NCBI GenBank assembly: GCA_948472605.1
Contig: CAOKUH010000001.1
Location: 1-34,463, forward strand
Reading direction: 5' to 3'
Source of the DNA: an uncultured Mycoplasmatota bacterium
GTDB lineage: Bacteria > Bacillota_I > Bacilli_A > RF39 > UBA660
DNA: 34,463 nt
Part shown: positions 1-8,507 of the stretch, piece by piece
How the letters are laid out: every line of letters begins with the position of its first letter
Numbering within the stretch: the first letter of the stretch is position 1
Made by a program: the position numbers and the translations under genes
The notes under the pieces: model-generated
Database searches by the model: none
Seen by the model: the letters and a program-made list of their open reading frames with translations, nothing else
What the model was told of the DNA's origin: nothing

Positions 1-55
1 ATGCTCTCTTTACAATTTTTGCTTAGATATTTAGTTTCGCAAGATGTCTATTAAA
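1..55. repeat. Left arm of a perfect 55-bp terminal inverted repeat (partner 34409-34463)
   Basis: Reverse complement of 34409-34463 equals 1-55 exactly (ATGCTCTCTTTACAATTTTTGCTTAGATATTTAGTTTCGCAAGATGTCTATTAAA). Identity falls to about 11/15 over the next 15 nt inward. Confidence 0.95.
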
Positions 56-62
56 AGAATTT

Positions 63-470
63 TTGATAAATAGAATTGGAAATAATTGGCAAAGCGAATA
101 CAATTATCAAGCGTATAGAGAAATTGTAAATATTTTAAACAATTATTGTGTTGATTTAGGATATGTAAGTGGTGTTAAAGGAATATCTTATTTATTAGAT
201 TTATTTTTGGGATCAAGTTATAAAGCTAATAAGACTTATTTCTTTAATGCCAAGAATAATGAATTCATTGAAGTATATTCAGCAACACATAATGGTAATC
301 CTTGTTATTTTTCTTATCATAAAATGGCTAGTGGTAGATATGAACTTCAAGAAGTTCCTGCGATATATATAGAAAGTTTAAAAAGTATATACACAGCAAA
401 ATATTTAGAAAATTTAGTATTACAAGATGCTGATGATGCTTATAAAGGCGAATCTAAGATCAAAAAGTAA
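63..470 (+). CDS. Hypothetical protein (135 aa), TTG start, no recognisable motif
   Basis: Only long ORF here. Same strand as the downstream genes. There is no in-frame ATG near the 5' end, the frame is open from 27, and the SD is weak. Confidence 0.4.
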   Translation: MINRIGNNWQSEYNYQAYREIVNILNNYCVDLGYVSGVKGISYLLDLFLGSSYKANKTYFFNAKNNEFIEVYSATHNGNPCYFSYHKMASGRYELQEVPAIYIESLKSIYTAKYLENLVLQDADDAYKGESKIKK

Positions 471-502
471 AAGCTAAAATGTGTCAAAAAGGGCACTTTT
501 TT

Positions 503-531
503 TTGCAAATAAATGTTCTTCTTGTTATAAT
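503..531 (+). promoter_or_regulatory. Sigma-A-type promoter TTGCAA-N17-TATAAT with TG at -15/-14, upstream of ftsK
   Basis: TTGCAA at 503-508, 17-nt spacer ending TGT, TATAAT at 526-531. A weak hairpin plus T8 (about 483-503) precedes it. Confidence 0.5.
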
Positions 532-547
532 TATTATGGTGATAGTA

Positions 548-2788
548 ATGGCAAAAAAGAAAAAATCTAAAGAAGATAATACTAATAAATTTGAATATAG
601 TGTTGAACTAACTGGCTTAATATTAATATTAATTGGTTTAATTGGTTTTGGCTTTGGTCCAGTTGGAGCAATATTAAAAGAGTTTGCCATGTTTTTACTA
701 GGAGAAGTATGGTATTGTGTTTTAATATTAGTTTTAGTATTAGGGTGTCACATGCTGATAAAACGAAAGCTTCCTAAATTTTTATCTGCTAAATTAATTG
801 GTGTTTATATACTTATTGCGGTATTTTTAATATTGCTTCACATGACATTTGTAAAAACTGTTGATGCTCCAACCAACATTTTTAGTGCTACATTTGATAA
901 TTTTATGGCAAGAGTAGGGTCTATAAATAAGGCCGATATCTTAACATCAACGGGGCAAACAACTTATGTTATTGGAGGAGGAATTATAGGAGCAGCTTTA
1001 TCTTTTGTAGTTTCTGCTTTATTTGGAATTACTGGAACTTATATAGTAATTACTATACTTGCTATTTTTGGACTTATAATGTCATGTAATTTAAATATTG
1101 GTAATATGTTTGGCAAAATATTTAAAAAGCGTGAAAAAACTAAAAATGAAAACAATGATGATAAAAATGATATAGTTCCAATTACTGGAGTTCCAACTGA
1201 TGAAAAAGATGATAAGATTGTTATTACTAGTGTTGAGGAGTTAAAAAATTATAATATGGAATCTAAAGAAGAACCAAAAATGCTTGAACATAATGAATCA
1301 ATAGAAACGCCAACTAATAATGTTGTAAATAATAGTTATAAATTGCCACCACTTACGCTATTAGATAATCCATCAAAAAATAAAAAAGTAAATAGTACTG
1401 AAGATATAAGGAGAAATAAAGAAGCCTTAGAAAGAGTTTTAAACGATTTTCAAATAGCAGGTAAGGTTGTAGAAATTCATGTAGGACCAGCTGTAACTCA
1501 ATATGAAGTAGTAGTACCAACTGGAACAAAATTAAGTCGGGTAAGTAGTATTAATAAAGAAATGGCTTTAGCTTTGGCCGCCAAAGATGTTAGAATAGAA
1601 GCTCCAATTCCTGGTAAAAGTACTATTGGTATTGAAATACCTAATAAAGAAGTTAGTCCTGTTAAAATAAAAGAAGTAATAGGGGATGCTGATCCAGAAA
1701 AAATCAAAAAAGGTTTATTAGTTACTTTAGGAAAAGATATAGCTGGTCGTACTATCAATGCTGACTTATCAAAAATGCCCCACCTATTAGTTGCAGGATC
1801 AACTGGTAGTGGTAAATCTGTTTGTATAAATAGTATTATAATTTCTCTACTTATGCATTATCGTCCTGATGAAGTAAAATTAGTTTTAGTAGACCCTAAA
1901 CAAGTTGAACTATCAAACTATAATGGTGTTCCTCATTTATTAGCGCCAGTTGTAACAGATCCTAAAAAAGCTTCATTAGTTTTACAAAAAGTAGTAGTAG
2001 AAATGGACAAACGTTATCGTGTTTTAGCAGAAAAAGGAGTAAAGAACATCGGCGATTATAATAAAAAAATTGAAGAAGAAAATAAAAAAAATCCTGACCA
2101 TCCTTCACCTAAAATGAACTATTTAGTCGTTATTGTTGATGAAATGGCAGACTTAATGATAGTTGCTAAAAAAGAAGTAGAAGATTCAATCATGCGAATC
2201 ACTCAACTTGCAAGAGCAGCAGGAATTCATTTAATAGTGGCGACCCAAAGACCATCTACCGATATAATTACAGGAGTTATTAAAACTAACATTCCTTCTC
2301 GTATTGCCTTTTCTGTTGCAAGTTATATAGATTCTCGAACAATTTTAGATGCACCTGGAGCGGAGAAGCTACTTGGAAAAGGAGATATGCTCTATTTACC
2401 AATGGGCGATCCATTCCCAACTCGTATTCAAGGATGTTATATTTCAGATGATGAAATAAATAAAATTATTAAATTCGTCAGTACCCAACAAGAACCTAAT
2501 TATGACGAATCTTTAAATATTGGTCCTTCTCATAGTAATAGTTCAGTTGATGCAGCACCTATAAATGATGATATTGATGACCCAATATATGATGAAGTAG
2601 TGAAATTTGCTATAGAAACTGGCAAAGTAAGTGCCTCATTACTTCAAAGAAGATTTCGTCTTGGCTATAATAGAGCAGCAAGAATTGTTGATTTATTAGA
2701 AGAAAGAGGAATAATAGGACCACAAAATGGTTCTAAACCACGAGAAGTTTTAGTTAAGTTAAAAGAGGAAAATACAACAGAAGAGTAG
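548..2788 (+). CDS. ftsK: DNA translocase, FtsK/SpoIIIE family
   Basis: N-terminal TM helices. Walker A GSTGSGKS, Walker B VVIVDEMADL, and a C-terminal gamma winged helix (LLQRRFRLGYNRAARIVDLLEERGIIGP). Start moved to ATG 548 (MAKKKKSK), which has GGTGA 6 nt upstream. The 479 start would overlap the promoter. Confidence 0.9.
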   Translation: MAKKKKSKEDNTNKFEYSVELTGLILILIGLIGFGFGPVGAILKEFAMFLLGEVWYCVLILVLVLGCHMLIKRKLPKFLSAKLIGVYILIAVFLILLHMTFVKTVDAPTNIFSATFDNFMARVGSINKADILTSTGQTTYVIGGGIIGAALSFVVSALFGITGTYIVITILAIFGLIMSCNLNIGNMFGKIFKKREKTKNENNDDKNDIVPITGVPTDEKDDKIVITSVEELKNYNMESKEEPKMLEHNESIETPTNNVVNNSYKLPPLTLLDNPSKNKKVNSTEDIRRNKEALERVLNDFQIAGKVVEIHVGPAVTQYEVVVPTGTKLSRVSSINKEMALALAAKDVRIEAPIPGKSTIGIEIPNKEVSPVKIKEVIGDADPEKIKKGLLVTLGKDIAGRTINADLSKMPHLLVAGSTGSGKSVCINSIIISLLMHYRPDEVKLVLVDPKQVELSNYNGVPHLLAPVVTDPKKASLVLQKVVVEMDKRYRVLAEKGVKNIGDYNKKIEEENKKNPDHPSPKMNYLVVIVDEMADLMIVAKKEVEDSIMRITQLARAAGIHLIVATQRPSTDIITGVIKTNIPSRIAFSVASYIDSRTILDAPGAEKLLGKGDMLYLPMGDPFPTRIQGCYISDDEINKIIKFVSTQQEPNYDESLNIGPSHSNSSVDAAPINDDIDDPIYDEVVKFAIETGKVSASLLQRRFRLGYNRAARIVDLLEERGIIGPQNGSKPREVLVKLKEENTTEE

Positions 2789-2798
2789 GGAGGTGTTA

Positions 2799-3899
2799 AT
2801 GTTGTTAAGTAAATATGCTTGTCAAAATGAAGAGGCTATGCGTTTTAAAGAAGAAAAAGAAGATAAATATCGTACACCATTCTTTCGTGATATTGATAGA
2901 ATTATTTATTCTCTAAGTTATACAAGATATGCTGATAAAACTCAAGTATTTAGTTTTAATGAAAATGACCATATAACAAAGCGAATGGTTCATGTGCAAC
3001 TAGTTAGTAAAATAGCAAGAACTATTGGTAGAAATTTAGGGTTAAATGAAGATTTAATCGAAGCAGCGTCTCTTGGCCATGATCTTGGCCATGTTCCATT
3101 TGGACATGTAGGAGAAAGAATTTTAAATAAAATAAGCTTAGAAAATAATGAAGGATATTTTAATCATAATATTGAAAGCGTAAGAGTTTTAATGAATTTA
3201 GAGCAAAAAGGAGAAGGAAGAAATATTACCATCCAAGTTTTAGATGCTATTATGTGCCATAATGGTGAACTTCCTTTAAATGAATATTATCCTACTTCTA
3301 AAACTAAGGATGTATTTTTAAAAGAATATGAATTATCTTACAAAGAGGAAAGTGCAATTAAAAACTTAAAACCTATGACATTAGAAGGTTGTGTTGTAAG
3401 AGTAAGTGATATTATTGCATATATTGGAAAAGATATCGAAGATGCTATTAGACTAGGAATAATAAAAAAAGCGGATATTCCTAAAAATATTACAAATGTT
3501 TTAGGAGTTGATAATCGTAGTATAATTAATACAATAGTTAGTGATATTATTGAAAATAGTAAAAATAAGCCATATATTAAAATGAGTGAAAATATATATG
3601 AAGCACTTATAACCTTAAAAGAATTTAATACCAAAAACATTTATGCTATAGCAAACACAAAAGAACAAATTAATGAATATGAAAAAATGTTTAGAAGTTT
3701 ATTTAATAAATACAAAAAAGATATTCAAAAAAACAATCTTAATTCGGAAATATGGAATGTTTTCTTATATGATATGAATGAAGATTATTTAAAAAATACG
3801 ACAATAAATCGCAAAGTGATTGATTTTATAGCAGGAATGACTGATGATTATATGAGAAATTGTTATATTAATTTAAATAAGGAGGAAAAAAATGTCTGA
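2799..3899 (+). CDS. HD-domain dNTP triphosphohydrolase-like protein (dGTPase family)
   Basis: HD motif SLGHDLGHVPFGHVGE and family-typical N-terminus (RTPFFRDIDRIIYS). GGGAGG sits 5 nt before ATG 2799. Confidence 0.8.
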   Translation: MLLSKYACQNEEAMRFKEEKEDKYRTPFFRDIDRIIYSLSYTRYADKTQVFSFNENDHITKRMVHVQLVSKIARTIGRNLGLNEDLIEAASLGHDLGHVPFGHVGERILNKISLENNEGYFNHNIESVRVLMNLEQKGEGRNITIQVLDAIMCHNGELPLNEYYPTSKTKDVFLKEYELSYKEESAIKNLKPMTLEGCVVRVSDIIAYIGKDIEDAIRLGIIKKADIPKNITNVLGVDNRSIINTIVSDIIENSKNKPYIKMSENIYEALITLKEFNTKNIYAIANTKEQINEYEKMFRSLFNKYKKDIQKNNLNSEIWNVFLYDMNEDYLKNTTINRKVIDFIAGMTDDYMRNCYINLNKEEKNV

Positions 3900-4128
3900 A
3901 TTAAAAATTAAAGGAATTTACAAACATTATAAAGGAGACTTATATCTAGTTGAAGATATAATTTATCATAGCGAAACAAGTGAGAAAATGATTGCTTATC
4001 GAGCTTTATATGGAGATAATAGACTATGGTGTAGACCATACGACTTGTTTTTTGATGAAGTAAATAAGAATGGTCAAAAATATAGATTTGAATTACAAGA
4101 TATAAAAAGTTTACGAGAAGAAGAATAA
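3892..4128 (+). CDS. DUF1653-family small protein
   Basis: YKHYKGDLY...HSETSEKMIAYRALYGD...WCRPYDLF pattern. AAGGAGG SD. 8-nt overlap with the upstream gene. Confidence 0.65.
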   Translation: MSELKIKGIYKHYKGDLYLVEDIIYHSETSEKMIAYRALYGDNRLWCRPYDLFFDEVNKNGQKYRFELQDIKSLREEE

Positions 4129-4176
4129 AGAAATTATAAAAAGTACTTAAAAGTATTTTTTTAATTTTTATAGAAA

Positions 4177-4205
4177 TTGACAACATATAAATTTAGTTAT
4201 AAAAT
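4177..4205 (+). promoter_or_regulatory. Near-consensus sigma-A promoter TTGACA-N17-TAAAAT
   Basis: TTGACA at 4177-4182, 17-nt spacer, TAAAAT at 4200-4205, about 25 nt before the 4229 start. Confidence 0.6.
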
Positions 4206-4228
4206 AACACATGCTAAAGAAGGAGATT

Positions 4229-5188
4229 ATGATGAAATTATTAAATGAACAAGAATTTATGACTAACGAAACATTAAAAGAAATATTTTCAAGTAAAAGT
4301 AATGATAGTCAAAAAAGAAATAATGTATATGATTTACTTTTGAAAAATAGAATACTTTATAATAAAGAGTTAGAAAGGCAAAAAAATAAACGTCAAAATA
4401 TAAAGTTAGATACTTCTAAAATTGTTATAAAAAGTAATAATAATGATAATAATACTCAAGAGCAAGAGATAATAGATGTATCGTATTATTTAAATCAGTT
4501 AGAAGCTTCTTCGGATTTTGATAATTTAGGAACAATTCTGCCTCATCGCAATAATGTAATGTATTATAATATTATTAATACAATAATAGTTTATTATTTA
4601 AAAGAATGTAATGAATATGAAGAAATTTTGGCTAATGAGAACTTAAGTTTAGAAGAAAAAGATTGTTTTAAAAAAGAAATACAAATATATCGCCATAAAA
4701 TTAATAAAATAATTAATTATCGTGATAGTAAAGATTTAAAGGTGAATGATATTAGAATAATTAATAATTTAATTTATCTTCCGACTATTTTGGGTAACTA
4801 TTACATATTAAATGATATAAAAAGTATTGACTATGAATATTATGCATCTTTTTTAGAACTTTTAAATTCAATTATTGATGGAACTTTTAAAAATGTAAAA
4901 TCTATTATAAACACGTATAATAAAAATAATTATATATGTGAAGTAAAGGATTTTAAAACTAGAGTTTTTTTCAGCAAAATTAATTTTAATACATATTTGA
5001 TTTTAGGATGTATGGTTAAAAAAGTAGATACGAATTCTTATTATAATAGCTATTTAGAAAATAGAAGCATAAGATTAGCGCAATTTTTAGCTCAAGAACA
5101 GGTTTTAACGGATACATATTTAGAAGCACAAAATGAAATAACTAAAGAGTTAATTTATAAACTAGAAGTCGAAAGTAGGAAAAGATAA
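4229..5188 (+). CDS. Hypothetical protein. The C-terminal ~60 aa resemble the RelE/HigB/Gp49-type toxin core.
   Basis: GGAG at 4222-4225 favours ATG 4229 or 4232. C-terminal ICEVKDFKTRVFFSKINFNTYLILGCMVKKVD follows the E-[LV]-[RK]...R-[IV]-F-F...hhLLxGFxKK pattern. By-eye similarity only. Confidence 0.5.
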   Translation: MMKLLNEQEFMTNETLKEIFSSKSNDSQKRNNVYDLLLKNRILYNKELERQKNKRQNIKLDTSKIVIKSNNNDNNTQEQEIIDVSYYLNQLEASSDFDNLGTILPHRNNVMYYNIINTIIVYYLKECNEYEEILANENLSLEEKDCFKKEIQIYRHKINKIINYRDSKDLKVNDIRIINNLIYLPTILGNYYILNDIKSIDYEYYASFLELLNSIIDGTFKNVKSIINTYNKNNYICEVKDFKTRVFFSKINFNTYLILGCMVKKVDTNSYYNSYLENRSIRLAQFLAQEQVLTDTYLEAQNEITKELIYKLEVESRKR

Positions 5189-6961
5189 ATGACTAAAGTT
5201 ACAGATATAATAGATATTCATTTAAAAAGTATTTTAGTAAATGATAAAACTTTTTTGAAAAAGGAAATATTAGATTTTTTGAATAAAAAAGAAACAAGTT
5301 TTGATGAATTATTATTAATTTTATTTAGTTTAGAATATGATGATATAGAGATTGTTAAAGAAAAATTAAAAATAGTTGAGGAATATGAAGAACTAAAATT
5401 AGATTATGAAAAAAAATTGGATTATATTGATAAATGTTTTAATGTGATAGATTTGCGCTATAAAGATATCGAGGATTTTAATGAAGCTTATTTAAGCGAT
5501 AAAGATAAAAAATATTTAAAACCTTTAATTAATGGCACTATAAATGCGGCGAGTCGTAGCTTTAAAAGAGAATATGGTTTTAAATGTGATTTTAAAGAAA
5601 TATTAACTTTATTTGGTGTTTACCAAAAATATAAAAAAGATTTTTATTATAACTTAATAGCAATTTTAAATTATTATGAATATTTAAATGCTAGAATAAG
5701 TGAACTAAAATTAAACAAAAAAAGTTTTTTAAAAAACAACAAAATTACTCCTGAAATACTTGATAAAGTTTTTAAAAAAATTGAAGAGATAGAAAATTAC
5801 TCTCAAGAACAATCAAGAAATAAAGAACAATGTAAATTGCGAGAAGATTTAATAAAACTGAAAAATTATTTTACTGATTGTAAAGATAATAGCTATTTAG
5901 AACTTCCTAAAGAGTATATTGATAAATTACCTTTAGAGATACTTAAGGAAATATGTGAATGTGTCAATGCTCATAATTATGATTTGTATATGAAATTAAT
6001 AGATAAAAATGTTTCAAAAATAGAAGCTATTTTACTTAAATATGATCTGCTTAATAAATTTAGTAAAGAAGAATTAAAAGAATTAGAAACAATTGATGCT
6101 AATAAAATAGAAAGCATTTTAAATATTTTTGATGGTGTCTCATATAATTTTTGTTTCTCTAATCAAGATTGGCTAAATATATTTAGTAACTCAAATAAAC
6201 AAAATATAAAAACTATTTTAAAGGCTTTAAATCTTAAATATATTGATTTAGATTTTATAAATAACCATTTATATATATTTTATGAACCATATTTTCAAAT
6301 TTTTAAAAATAATTTAGATAGTTTAATAAATAATAATATTAAAGTTAATTGGTTAAATGAATTAATGTTAGTTGATAATTTAGAAAATTATATAAATTTA
6401 GTTAAACATTATACACTTGATTTAAATAATATATTTGTCTTGAAAAATATGATTAAACCATATTTTTTCGATTATTTAGATTTATTTATTGAACAAGGTT
6501 TATATGATATTTTAAAAAATGATCTTACCATTTTAAATGAAGATTTAAATGTATTAATTAAAAGATTAATTATTGCAAGGAGTATTAAAATACCTCTTTT
6601 AAATAGTGAAGGTAAAATTAATTATTTTATTAGAAATCAATTTTTTATTCCTGATAGTTTACTAGATAATTATATTTTTAATAGTACAACATTAAAAATA
6701 GATGAAACTAATTTGAATGAGCCATTTAAGTTAGAGATTTCTTTAGAAGATAATGAATTTGAAAACTTTTCAGATGGAGATTTAATTTATAATTTTAATG
6801 GCATCATTATATCTCGTTTGAAGTATTTAAGAAATAGAAAGATATTAAATGACGATGAGTATATGTTGGAATGCTTAGTGAAAAATTCGATATTAAATTT
6901 AGAACAATTTGAAGAACTTCAAATGATAACATTAGAAAAAAAATTGAAACTTCAAAAATAA
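5189..6961 (+). CDS. Hypothetical 590-aa protein, predicted largely alpha-helical, Asn/Lys/Ile/Leu-rich
   Basis: Starts 1 nt after the stop of the upstream gene (TAAATG), so probably translationally coupled. I recognise no catalytic motif. Extremely AT-rich (8 G+C in 6241-6300). Confidence 0.5.
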   Translation: MTKVTDIIDIHLKSILVNDKTFLKKEILDFLNKKETSFDELLLILFSLEYDDIEIVKEKLKIVEEYEELKLDYEKKLDYIDKCFNVIDLRYKDIEDFNEAYLSDKDKKYLKPLINGTINAASRSFKREYGFKCDFKEILTLFGVYQKYKKDFYYNLIAILNYYEYLNARISELKLNKKSFLKNNKITPEILDKVFKKIEEIENYSQEQSRNKEQCKLREDLIKLKNYFTDCKDNSYLELPKEYIDKLPLEILKEICECVNAHNYDLYMKLIDKNVSKIEAILLKYDLLNKFSKEELKELETIDANKIESILNIFDGVSYNFCFSNQDWLNIFSNSNKQNIKTILKALNLKYIDLDFINNHLYIFYEPYFQIFKNNLDSLINNNIKVNWLNELMLVDNLENYINLVKHYTLDLNNIFVLKNMIKPYFFDYLDLFIEQGLYDILKNDLTILNEDLNVLIKRLIIARSIKIPLLNSEGKINYFIRNQFFIPDSLLDNYIFNSTTLKIDETNLNEPFKLEISLEDNEFENFSDGDLIYNFNGIIISRLKYLRNRKILNDDEYMLECLVKNSILNLEQFEELQMITLEKKLKLQK

Positions 6962-7000
6962 TATTGATTATTAGTAAAAGACATGATAGTATTAAAACAC

Positions 7001-7031
7001 TTTTATTGTTCTTTGATAATTAGATAACTAA
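7001..7031. repeat. Left arm of a 31-bp inverted repeat (29/31 match) bounding a ~590-bp non-coding element
   Basis: TTTTATTGTTCTTTGATAATTAGATAACTAA. Its reverse complement matches 7560-7590 except for 2 central positions. Confidence 0.9.
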
Positions 7032-7032
7032 A

Positions 7033-7074
7033 CCATATGAAAGACAAAGGAAGCAACTTTGTATGGGTTTTTTC
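7033..7074 (+). terminator. Probable intrinsic terminator of the 4229-6961 operon
   Basis: Stem ACAAAG/CTTTGT (7044-7049/7057-7062) extended by CCAT/ATGG, followed by GTTTTTT. Confidence 0.45.
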
Positions 7075-7076
7075 TT

Positions 7077-7559
7077 GGTCTTATTACTTTAAAAAGCGAT
7101 TTTTAAAGGGATTGAGTTAGAAAATTTTGCAAATTATTTTCTTGGAGTTACAAAGTAATGAAAAAGAAAAAAGCAGTTTTATATTTTGGGCTTATAAGGT
7201 ACAGGACTAATCGTGATCATCATAAACTTTTTTGGTAGAAAACAAAAAGATTAACTTTTTTTCTTAATAGCTTCGCAACTATAGAGAGAAAAAGAAGGCG
7301 AAATAAGTCATCTGCAGTTGAAACGTAGTGATACGTTATAAGATTAGAAACTGGTTAAAGTAGCATAAATCTGCATAGAAGGGTTCGATTCCCTTAGAGA
7401 AGGTTAAAAAAATCCTAAAGCGTGTGAAATTTGGAAGTGCAAGTCTTCTTTAGTACAAAATGGTAAATGAAGAATAAGAGTCGCTCTCTTATGAGGGCAT
7501 TTACTAACTAGTGACTGAAATGAAAAATAAGTTTGAGTATAAAATGAATGAGAAAATCA
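7077..7559 (+). ncRNA. Candidate structured non-coding RNA, family unassigned
   Basis: No ORF above 60 aa on the + strand. T-arm-like AAGGG-TTCGATT-CCCTT (7379-7395). GNRA hairpin AACGTA-GTGA-TACGTT (7322-7337). Nested long hairpin 7463-7504 (GTAAATG...ATAAGAG-TCGCT-CTCTTAT...CATTTAC). Strand and ends are not established. Confidence 0.25.
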
Positions 7560-7590
7560 TTAGTTATCTAATTTTTAAAGAACAATAAAA
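7560..7590. repeat. Right arm of the 31-bp inverted repeat (partner 7001-7031)
   Basis: TTAGTTATCTAATTTTTAAAGAACAATAAAA. Confidence 0.9.
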
Positions 7591-7625
7591 TGAAAATTTT
7601 GCTGATATTGGTAAGATTTTTTTTC

Positions 7626-7653
7626 TTGACTTGACAAAAAAACTATATATAAT
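7626..7653 (+). promoter_or_regulatory. Sigma-A promoter TTGACT-N16-TATAAT for the lipoprotein gene
   Basis: TTGACT at 7626-7631, TATAAT at 7648-7653. Confidence 0.55.
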
Positions 7654-7682
7654 AAATGTGAAATTAGTTAAGGAAGTGTTGC

Positions 7683-8390
7683 ATGTCAAAAATAAAAGAT
7701 TGTAAAAATAGTAATAAAAGGGAAAATATGCGTTTAAAATTTGCCAAAACATGTTTAATGTTAGGGATGAGTTTTATTTTAACTGGTTGTGTAAAAGAAC
7801 CTGAAGAAATAATAGAAAAAATGAAAAATAGTTTTAAGAAACAAAATGTTGGAATTATCAAAAATGGTGATGAACTTACTTTGGTTTATGAATATTTAGG
7901 AAAATTTTATCAGTTTGATGATGGTGAATATATAGGACAGATATTTAAATCAAATAATAATAGCGAAAATATTGCTTATAATTATAATGATCATGAATTT
8001 TTATATGCTGAGCCTCAATTGTTTTTTCTTAATGATACTTATCCTAACGTAGTTTTAGATTATGAAACATTAGCTGACTTTGATGAAAATGTTTATAAAA
8101 AATATGAAGAAAGATATTTAGAAAAAGTGGAGTTTTGTAAAGATTGTGTTAATATTTATGAAATAGAAAATATGAAAACTAGTGAAGTAACAATAGTTAT
8201 AGGATATAAACTTAATGAAGCTAAAATATTTAATTATGAAACTTATATGCTAGAAGACTATACAGGGTATAATGTGAATACTATTTTATTTGGAGAAGAT
8301 TTAGAACAAAAATACTATCATTATGATGAAATTATAAATTTAATAACAGAGTATCGTGAAGATACTATGTCTTTGGAATTAAAACAATAG
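7683..8390 (+). CDS. Putative lipoprotein
   Basis: Signal peptide with lipobox (MRLKFAKTCLMLGMSFILTG-C). The alternative start ATG 7728 (MRLKF) also has an SD (AAGGGA). Confidence 0.7.
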   Translation: MSKIKDCKNSNKRENMRLKFAKTCLMLGMSFILTGCVKEPEEIIEKMKNSFKKQNVGIIKNGDELTLVYEYLGKFYQFDDGEYIGQIFKSNNNSENIAYNYNDHEFLYAEPQLFFLNDTYPNVVLDYETLADFDENVYKKYEERYLEKVEFCKDCVNIYEIENMKTSEVTIVIGYKLNEAKIFNYETYMLEDYTGYNVNTILFGEDLEQKYYHYDEIINLITEYREDTMSLELKQ

Positions 8391-8410
8391 CGCATTACAC
8401 ATTTAAGATA

Positions 8411-8459
8411 AAAAGTCAATGAAAACAAGCAAATTTGTCATTGACTTTTCATTTTTTTT
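8411..8459 (+). terminator. Strong intrinsic terminator
   Basis: Perfect 12-bp stem AAAAGTCAATGA/TCATTGACTTTT (8411-8422/8438-8449) followed by a T-rich run. Confidence 0.8.
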
Positions 8460-8469
8460 CTCTTATAAT
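8441..8469 (+). promoter_or_regulatory. Sigma-A promoter TTGACT-N17-TATAAT for the methyltransferase gene
   Basis: The -35 (8441-8446) lies within the descending terminator arm. TATAAT at 8464-8469. Confidence 0.6.
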
Positions 8470-8507
8470 TTTGTTTATAATTAGTCTTTAGATGGAATGG
8501 TGATTTT

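Noticed and set aside
479-547. Upstream ATG (479) as the ftsK start
   Set aside because: It would place a hairpin plus T8 and a consensus promoter inside the coding region. ATG 548 has a proper SD and begins the typical Lys-rich N-terminus.
7330-7403. Possible tRNA gene suggested by the GGGTTCGATTCCC T-arm
   Set aside because: No complementary acceptor stem (the 3' strand AGAGAAG has no CTTCTCT partner about 65 nt upstream). No convincing D or anticodon arm, and no CCA or discriminator context. At most it is a tRNA-like motif within a larger element.
7001-7590. Retron-like msr/msd locus (inverted repeats flanking a structured ncRNA)
   Set aside because: There is no reverse transcriptase nearby. 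Neither adjacent ORF has RT motifs (no YxDD box in an RT context).
7564-7861. Two minus-strand ORFs (62 and 65 aa) overlapping the lipoprotein promoter and 5' end
   Set aside because: They overlap a + strand gene with a signal peptide and lipobox and its consensus promoter. Their translations are low-complexity.
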